DNA of 62,638 bases, filler included, from Choristocarpus tenellus KU-1152 (taxonomy: Eukaryota; Protista; Phaeophyceae), in the NCBI GenBank assembly GCA_964200185.2. It is 13 parts of 13 records of this genome, joined end to end, with 100 filler letters (N's around TTAATTAATTAA, not from the genome) between each part and the next. Parts side by side here need not be neighbours in the genome. Positions count along the whole stretch, not along the records: positions 50,777 to 57,076 come from CAXNAD020008441.1; positions 57,177 to 62,638 come from CAXNAD020010709.1; 11 more parts are not named here. One strand, 5' to 3'. Shown here in pieces: positions 54,796-62,638 of the stretch (its first letter is position 1; each line of letters starts with the position of its first letter). A model generated the notes under the pieces. It worked only from the letters and a program-made list of their open reading frames with translations. It ran no database searches and was not told the origin of the DNA. The position numbers were made by a program, and so were the translations under genes.

Positions 54796-55435
54796 GGAAG
54801 GATTTACGCGCCGACCAAGTTAACATGTAGCGAGGGCAAACATGCACAGGTTTGTGCTTGACATAGGGCAGGCAATAATGAATGGAATTCATGTGTTCTG
54901 TCGAACGGTAGAGGCCATTAATACAATATCCAAAGCGCGGCAAGACTGTTGGGGGGGGTGTGTGTCGATTTGAAATAGTAAAATCCTGAGCAGGAAAACA
55001 TTACATCGAATCTTGAAAGTGAAAGGTGAACATGAAAGGAATTTACGCGCCAACCCGCGTTAGATGTCGGGAGGGCAACAACGCACAGGTTTATGCTTGA
55101 CATATGGCAGCCAGTGATGAATTAATTTGATGTGTTCTGTCGAACGGTAAAGGCCATCAATTTCCTAAGCACGGCAAGACGGTTGGGTGTGTGTGTGTCC
55201 ATTTAAAATACTAACCTGAGCAGGAAAACATTACGTCGAACCACTAAAGTGAAAGATGAAGATGCAAGGAATTTACGCGCTGACCCGGGTTGGATGTCGG
55301 GAGGGCAACCGTGTGCAAGTTTGTGCTCGACATAAGACTGATAGTAATGAATGAATTTGATGTGTTCTGTCGAACGGTAAAGGCCACCAAATTCCAAAGC
55401 GCAGCAAGACGGTTGAGGGGGTGTGTATGTCCATT
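54796..55435 (+). repeat. ~230-240-bp tandem repeat, ~3 units
   Basis: ATTTACGCG anchors at 54802, 55041 and 55271. Conserved ATGTGTTCTGTCGAACGGTA. Confidence 0.9.
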
Positions 55436-55800
55436 TCCGATACGAACCTTATCGGAAATGTTCCAATTGTATTGAAGCTCTTACACGCGCGTATCGAAGG
55501 TGTTACCATGTCATCCTGAACGGACGGATGATGTGGTGCGTGAAAATGTATCATGGAATGTTGCTTCTATTTCGGATCAGTTGTCTGATTACTCCAAACA
55601 AATGTGACAGCAACACACGTTCCAATTTCCGAAAAATATTCAGTCGAATTCGCTATAGTCATTTCGTATTAGGGCCGTTGAACTGATTCTATGTTGTCGT
55701 CTTTGATGCGAGGTGAAATCTGTAAATGGCGGATTGGGATTAGTGTTGAAAATGTAGGTAATTAATTTTGGTTAGGGCTAGGGTTGGTATCATGGGTGCT

Positions 55801-56034
55801 GATCGAAATATCTTAGTGGCAGGGCCGCGTCCATTTGGCGGCCGAATTCAAGTGTTGCATTTTTGCTGTCATTCTTGCCATCATTATTGTTTGGAGATGT
55901 CAATGGTTTTTTTCCGAACACTGCAGACATTGTACTTCTCCAGAACATCTTGGAGTAAGTACAAAGTCCTTGAAAACCCCTGGGCAGCCAGGCCCCAAAG
56001 GACAACCAGCGAAAAGCTCGTGCCCTCTAACATA
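55801..56034 (-). mobile_element. Strongly diverged relative of MITE family A
   Basis: ATATCTTAGTGGCAGGGCCGCGTCCATTTGG ... AAGCTCGTGCCCTCTAA, colinear with family A but lacking GAG/CTC termini. Confidence 0.75.
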
Positions 56035-56047
56035 GAGCATCGAATCT

Positions 56048-56398
56048 GAAAATGCCTGTGTTACCACTGCTGACAGGTGGTGTGTACACGGTTGTAAAGG
56101 TTACAAATACAGGGTACCAATTTGAAAATGCAGGTGTTACCAGCATTGACAAGTGGTATGTACAAGGTTGTAAAGGTTACAAATACAGGTTACTGAATTT
56201 GAAAATGCTGGTGTTACTAGCATTGACAAGTGGTGTGTACACAGTTGGAAACGCAAATAATTACAGGGCATCGCATCTAAAAATGCTGGTGTTACTAGCA
56301 TTGACAGGTGGTGTGTACACGGTTGGAAACGCAAATAATTACAGGGTATCGAATCTAAAAATGATGGTATCACCACCATTGACAGGTGGTGTGTACAC
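56048..56398 (+). repeat. 76-78-bp tandem repeat, ~4.5 units
   Basis: AAAATGCTGGTGTTACTAGCATTGACAGGTGGTGTGTACAC... with ATG anchors at 56052, 56128, 56205, 56283 and 56361. Confidence 0.9.
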
Positions 56399-57176
56399 TA
56401 TCATCTCAGCCACATGCTAATACATGCTATGTGAACGATCGATTGCCGCAACACCCACCAAAGGCGCTAAATCATGACGGTGTGTTTGCGATATTGGTCA
56501 TCCAGAGACGCTCCAGTGTAGGCTGCACGAAGGGTGAACGTTTCTTGTATAGGAACTTACCTTCTGGTTCCCTTTGGAGGCACTGCGGCGTTCGGTGGTT
56601 GGACTAAGCCTCTCAGTTGATCGCGGGATTTCTGCATTGGGTGGGCACGTTGGAAATTTCGGACAGGAGAAACAAACAGAAGGAGAGAGAGGGAAAATGT
56701 TTTGCGCATCGAGTCAGGCCCAGAGAGGATGGCATGTCGCGATCGGTTCACGTCATCCTCCAGCCGTACGCACCTGATCACCTTGCACGAAGTGGAAGTC
56801 TTGTCTTTTTATTACCTTCCAATACACCCGGTATCCAGTGTCATGTACGGCGCACAGGGATAGCCACAGACGAGCCCGATTCTCATGGAAGGGATGCACA
56901 CCTATCCTCTCTTGACCAAGAAGGTATGGTCCTTTTAAGCTATTCTTTTTTCGGTTGTATATCAACTTCACAATAGTCCATAGAAGAAGAACCGTCATAA
57001 TGGAATGTTGTACCCTTATAAAATAATAGTTGTCAGGGACAGGTTCCTTTTTGGGATCGCCGACACACACTGTATGNNNNNNNNNNNNNNNNNNNNNNNN
57101 NNNNNNNNNNNNNNNNNNNNTTAATTAATTAANNNNNNNNNNNNNNNNNNNNNNNNNNNNNNNNNNNNNNNNNNNN

Positions 57177-57295
57177 AATATTTACCTACTCCGAAACATT
57201 TTGAAGTAGGAAAATGTCATAAAAACCCCGAGGGAAGCCAAGCCCCAAATGGATAAACAGGGCAAAACTCGTACCCTCTTAAGATATTTTGGCTC
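57177..57295 (-). mobile_element. MITE family A, truncated by gap
   Basis: Left TIR and hairpin present. Interrupts the Copia gag. Confidence 0.85.
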
Positions 57296-57930
57296 CCAAT
57301 CATCTATTGCTCGGAAAAGCTCGTTCGGGCTTTGGTGCGTGTAGCACAGTGCCCTGGTGGTGGGTGCGATGAGAGCAACAGTAAGTGCATGATAGGCCTC
57401 TTCCGCCATCCAGATACCACTGAAGCCGTCCGAGAGAGTTCCTCGTAGGAGCGCTCTTGATTGACTGGTTTTTCACTTGTCAAGGCACCCAAGCAATGGG
57501 TATATCTGCAATGCACGATGAAACACCTCCGCCAGTCCCGGTAGTCCGAGTCGTCCAACTGTCTCGGTGGCTGGGTTCTTGATCTCTTTGTCGTAGGGTG
57601 AACAATATGTGCGCCTGATCCCAAGCTCTCCGAAGAACCGGACCTCCGGCTGACCCCAATTCTGACGCTCACAGCATCCAGACTGTTTCCCCTCTCTGGG
57701 AAATTTTCCCTTAACATGGGTTCCATAGGACCCACTTCGACTGGTACGTGCCCAGCCGGAGGCCGTGTGCTGGGCACAGCAGCCTGGACGACGGGATGAT
57801 TTCCGTCGCCGACTCTTTCAGACTGTACCATGAGATTGCCAACGTTTCTTGACAACTCTGCTACCGTCGCCATAAGCTGTCTGAATTCTTGGACAGATGG
57901 GCCCTCGGAAGGAACAGGTTCCCACAATTC
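57296..57930 (-). mobile_element. Ty1/Copia-type gag N-terminal remnant
   Basis: PRQLDDSDYRDWRRCF...CLGAL and, after a frameshift, AYHALTVAL....RAL.....SPNELFRAIDDW (Copia gag pattern). Confidence 0.65.
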
Positions 57931-58169
57931 TTGAATCGCATCTCCTCATGTAGACATAATGAAATAATGGGTTAGAAACCTAAAGTTCAATATATTGTGT
58001 TAAAGTATCTCCCAAATCATCAAAAAGAGTATAAAGGTGATAAACCCAGCGAGATTGCTTGGTGTCTGTAGAGTGATTGATTAGATTTAAGTGGGGCATG
58101 CAGCACCCCATAAAATCAGAAATATTTCCTTTAATGAGAATTTTTCTCATACAACTAATACTAGTAAAA

Positions 58170-58430
58170 GAGGGAACGCATCTTAGAGGGTACGGGTTTT
58201 GGCCTGTTTGTCCATATGGGGCTTGACTTCCCATGGGTTCTTTTATGACATTTTCCTACTTCGAAATGTTTAGGAGTAGGTAAAGTATGTAAGTTATTAA
58301 ACGGTGTGTCCAGAACATGGATATTGACACTTCCTCATAAACACAATAGCCAAAATTACATCAAAATCGCAACATTAGATTTTGGCCCCCAAATGGACGT
58401 GGCTCTACCCTCTAAAAGATACTTTGACCC
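58170..58430 (+). mobile_element. MITE family A, full copy inside repeat C
   Basis: Both TIRs present. AAAA/AAAA duplication supported by the empty site at 16238-16241. Confidence 0.92.
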
Positions 58431-60839
58431 AAAAGGTTCTGATAACTCAACCACTAATTGATTGTTCCTTTAATCCATACATATTCTATCGGAACTGTCC
58501 GATAGAGCTGGAAGAGTCTAATCGAACACCTAACGTTTAGTATTCAGTACAAGTTATCCACAAAGGATTTGAGGGCTTCGATGGCGGAACAATACCGAAA
58601 TTTGCTTAGTAGCAATCTCAATTTTACCATGAAGTGCTAACCCTCTCAGGTCTGGGGGGTGCGAACTTCATGGAGGGGTGCCCCGATATGCTTTGATTGG
58701 GCATAGATTATGTAATTCTAGGAACTACTGCTGTGAATAAGATGGGTTTATGAGATCGAAAATTACAAGGATGCGATTCTCTTGGAATAGATGACGTATA
58801 TAGTACTAGAGAGTTTGCCTCCCCCTGCTTAGAACACATCGAGTGATTGCACAGAAGTATTTAATGCTTTGTAGCACAACCCACTCGTTCTCCACGTTAT
58901 GCTATCCCACGTCTATCAGGTTCCACCCGCTACAGGTGGGTGGCATTGCCCAGCCATGATGATCTCATGAACCCGTTGTGGATGTTGATGCCAGTGGGGA
59001 ACATGATTGGTGCAATGGTAGCGAGATCTGTGGATGAGGACTACTATGAGTGGGGATGGTTTGTACTCTCGGTTGGGGCTATCGTGTACCTCGCCCTTTG
59101 ACCAGCCACATTTCTGAAGGTAAAGCTCCCTTAAGTAAACTTTGTCAAGAAAACTCAACTTCGACAAGCAGGAGGGTGACTGTGCGTTAGATTTGGTTTC
59201 TGTATCAGGTGCCGGTTCGAGCAACGGAGTTGTGAATTCTGAATTTGCACTGGTACTAAAAATATGGCATCTCAACCTCAGTTATTTTGGCAAACGTCTA
59301 ACTTGCGCGTCCCTACTCAACCTTCTACAGGTGCGAAGTCAGTATTACCCACATATACACTACCACATCACGCTTGGGACGAATTAGAACACGGCTATTG
59401 ATAAGCAATCGAAAATATTGTGGACATAAGTTCACCAAGGTCGTGATAGTACTCCAATTGTTCTAATATTGCATATATAAAGGTTTCGTGTATGATATTT
59501 TATCTGAACAGGTATTTACTCTTACTTCAAGATAATGTCAACGATGGTTGCAGTACCGTGAAGGGTGGAGTCATGCCAAGTTTGAGATGTAGTGGAACAA
59601 GTAGACCACACAAGTTGAAACATAATTATTCTGACCCAAATTTTAAAAAAGTCAACATTCAATGTTTACATGTACTTCGAAGTAGTTCGTATGACAATTG
59701 ATTGGGACATGTTCGCCTTTCAAATCTACTACCCTCTCAATATCGGAAACCTGATGAGGTTGTTTCAGCCAAGTCTACATGTAACATATCTAGCACATTT
59801 AATTCAGACGTAGAGTTCTAACTCTATGTTTATGAAACCACCGAGATGAGTCTCCTTATGAGTCGAAGTGCTGGCGATCCCAAAACAAAACAAAAAACTT
59901 CTTGATGTCTCCCTCCTACCATGACCGATGCTGCTACCCCCCTGTATATATTGTTCATGCCAGTCCGTGTTAACCTACCATGCGGACACGCCTATGAGAT
60001 CTACGTACGGTATCTGGATAGCGCCTACTGCAGTTATGATGCTAGCCTATGTCTTGCAGGAAGAAGTTCAATGGTTCAACAATGTACAGCGACTACTACT
60101 CTGTGCGTTTTTCGGGTGTGAAATATGAGCGAATGAGAACCTAGTTCATATTTATACAATGATTCCTTGGTTCAGAATATTTTGTAGTGCAAAACACGAC
60201 CACGTAATATTTTTCAGCATTGTGGTTGGTGCCCGCGATTGAGCTGGGTGCTTTTGTGGGGCGTTCGCCGTTTTGTAGAAAGGCCAAAGATACTCAGTGC
60301 TTGAATATATGCAACTTGTGTGTTTGTAATCACAGGAAAGATACCTCTTGTTGATCGTGCAGCTCAGTGATAAAGTGTATGTGTTGTGTCCATTGAGTTT
60401 GATGACTTGGTATGTGGTGCTTGGCATGTCTCTCGAATAGAGAGAGGAAACTTAGACTTCTGACACCGCACTGTCACTAAGTGATTATTTTTAATACTTA
60501 CAAGATGTAGTGAATGGGGAGCTTACGAATTGCTACTACTACACCCAACTCCCAGATCATGAATGTGTAGACAATACAATCGAGTTGTAATTATTACACC
60601 GCTTATAACACCACTGTACAAGAAACATTATTTTGTTTAATGTTTGTATTATTACACAAGTTTGGTTGAACTAATGGCAAAGAAAAATGCTTAGTGACAC
60701 GCGTGCAGGCAATAAACGATGCCTGTGGGGCAAGAGGTGTGACTGGTGTCAACCTCTGACGCTTGCCACTCCCTACGATGGTGTCAACAACAACACCATG
60801 GCTGTTCCCAAGTGGACAGGAGTCAAATCCACCTGGGCA

Positions 60840-62533
60840 CCCCTAGGGACGTGGATCATAATGGCCAGGTGTTGACTCACTGTCCTCACGAACACGAACA
60901 CGACTTCCACGACCCCTGCCTCTACGACGCAAGTATGGCAAACGAGCACCCCACGGATTGTTCAGGCACGACTGGGTTGTCTGACCCTCATGAGTCGCTG
61001 CCTGACAACCCGGGTACTGGCACACACTATTTTGCTGATCCATGGTGTATGTCGAGTTGGACGGTGAGGCTGAATAGGGTGACGTGTCTTGTGGTCGTGT
61101 TGGCCTGTCAGTGTGCCCGGCTGAGGGAGGTGGACCCGTCGACGACCGAGCTGGGGCCCTGTTGAGAGTTGCCTCCCCTGCTCAGTGACGTTCCACCTCC
61201 ACATGTAGCCGTTGGCACTCTCGTTGTGATTGCTCAAGTTCGCTACGAGGAACCTGTCCGCGACGAGAATTGTGAGTAACAGCACTTGTGTAAGTCATGG
61301 GGTTGGGGTTATGGCCAGACAAGTGGTTAGCTTCGTGCCGTGTGACACGGTCACGAGCTTGTGCAAACAAGGTGGCAGGTTCGTCCCGAATCTGTTCAAG
61401 ACAAATCACAGGGAGTAAGCCATCTTCCCCATCAGCATTATCTTCAGTTGCTTGACAAGCAAAGTGTTTGGTGTCAACTGCATCTGAGGACGATGTGTGC
61501 GATGAACATCATCCAGAAAACGATTCATTGCTGTGGTGCAACGTAAAGTATACTGATCAACAGACTTGTTCTCCCCCTGTTTCAAAGACGTTAGTCGACG
61601 AGCTGATACACTTACAGCATAGGCGGGAGTGAACGCAGTGATCAGGGCTTTCTGGACATCCTCCCATGTCTTTGGTGGTGTAATGGGGACGTGGATGTCA
61701 AGAGACGATTGTATATGAGCCAGATCACTGGTTGAACGCCACTCTACTGTGCCTGCCAACGCCTGAAAGTAATACGTTTTAGCTGGACCTTGAAGAATTT
61801 TCGGTAAAAATTCTACACATCGAGCGTTGATTGTCTCAGGGGATGCGGTACCATACTGCCTAGAGTGCAAGGAAATTGCCACGTGCCATTTGGAAAGCAA
61901 GAGTGGCAAATTTTCCTCTCCCGAACCTGTACTGACAAGACCAGATGGAATTTCTGAAGCGGAAAACCTGAAATGACTCGCTTCTGACATTGATGATAGG
62001 TGTGCGACGCTGCTACTCTGTTCAACAGATCTTACTTGATCGGAGTCCATTCCCCGAGCTTGCAGTTTCACCAGGTCCTGAAGCCATCCAGGAGGCACAG
62101 TGTTTGTTCTGGTGCACTCGTTAACATGGTGCGCGATGTACGATGGCACAGAATCCCCGAACTGTGCCTGTGACATGGCCACCTCAAAAGTAGTTGAACT
62201 TGGGGGTGGGACTGTCTCTCCCTGAAAAAGGACCCAATGAGTGTCACAGTCGCCCGAGCTAACACGATGCTCTGGAGTCGACGACACGGGTCTGCTATTC
62301 GCCTGCCGATCTGTAAGGGGGGAAGGGGGGGATCCACGGCGCCGTTCACCAAGTGTGGTGGTGCTGGATGACGTGGAGTGAATACTGGACGCGTCAGAGT
62401 CGAGTTGGGTGGAAGACTCCATGTCTTCCATTGACTCGTGATCTTGGGCCTCTTCTGGTGCTCTTGATGGCGTCAGGCCTAGGGTTCTCTGCTCTTGGGC
62501 CCTCCATCTTCGTCTCAATCTCGAGTTCGGCAT
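60840..62533 (-). mobile_element. Ty3/Gypsy-type gag (retrotransposon gag domain plus atypical zinc knuckle), frameshifted
   Basis: LQGPAKTYY...TWEDVQKALITAF...ARRLTSLKQGENKSVDQY, then GLLPVI...PATLFAQA in another frame, then CQYPGCQAATHEGQTTQSC. Confidence 0.75.
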
Positions 62534-62638
62534 CTTTCCTCTGCGGTCAAACAGAAATGCCCCGTCACCCTATTTCTGAGGACACCGATGTCGCAAATTT
62601 GAATCGTGTGATTCTGTGGCGGCGTGGTTCACTCAGGC

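Noticed and set aside
1-62638. Fanzor/TnpB, tyrosine recombinase or viral capsid genes
   Set aside because: No RuvC, recombinase or capsid motifs recognised in the ORF track. Heavily decayed copies cannot be excluded without a profile search.

Overview
Eukaryotic, intron-containing, repeat-rich DNA. A brown-alga-like stramenopile is my low-confidence guess. The window is 13 short contigs joined by twelve identical 100-bp artificial linkers (44 N + TTAATTAATTAA + 44 N), so adjacency across gaps is not biological evidence. The one clear host gene is a 5'-partial, divergent Sec23-family gene (4 exons, minus strand); there are also a few unassigned exons. The rest is mostly transposon debris. It includes about 17 copies of a ~260-bp MITE with GAG...CTC termini and 3-4-bp target duplications, a shorter sister MITE with the same TIR core, and two decayed Sola2-like transposase genes ending in paired Tudor-like domains (the likely mobilisers). 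Also present are Ty3/Gypsy, Ty1/Copia and LINE remnants, a decayed ParB/Srx-like gene flanked by repeat arrays, an AT-rich decayed ORF family of unknown origin, and several minisatellites. All family assignments come from motif recognition by eye; no searches were run.
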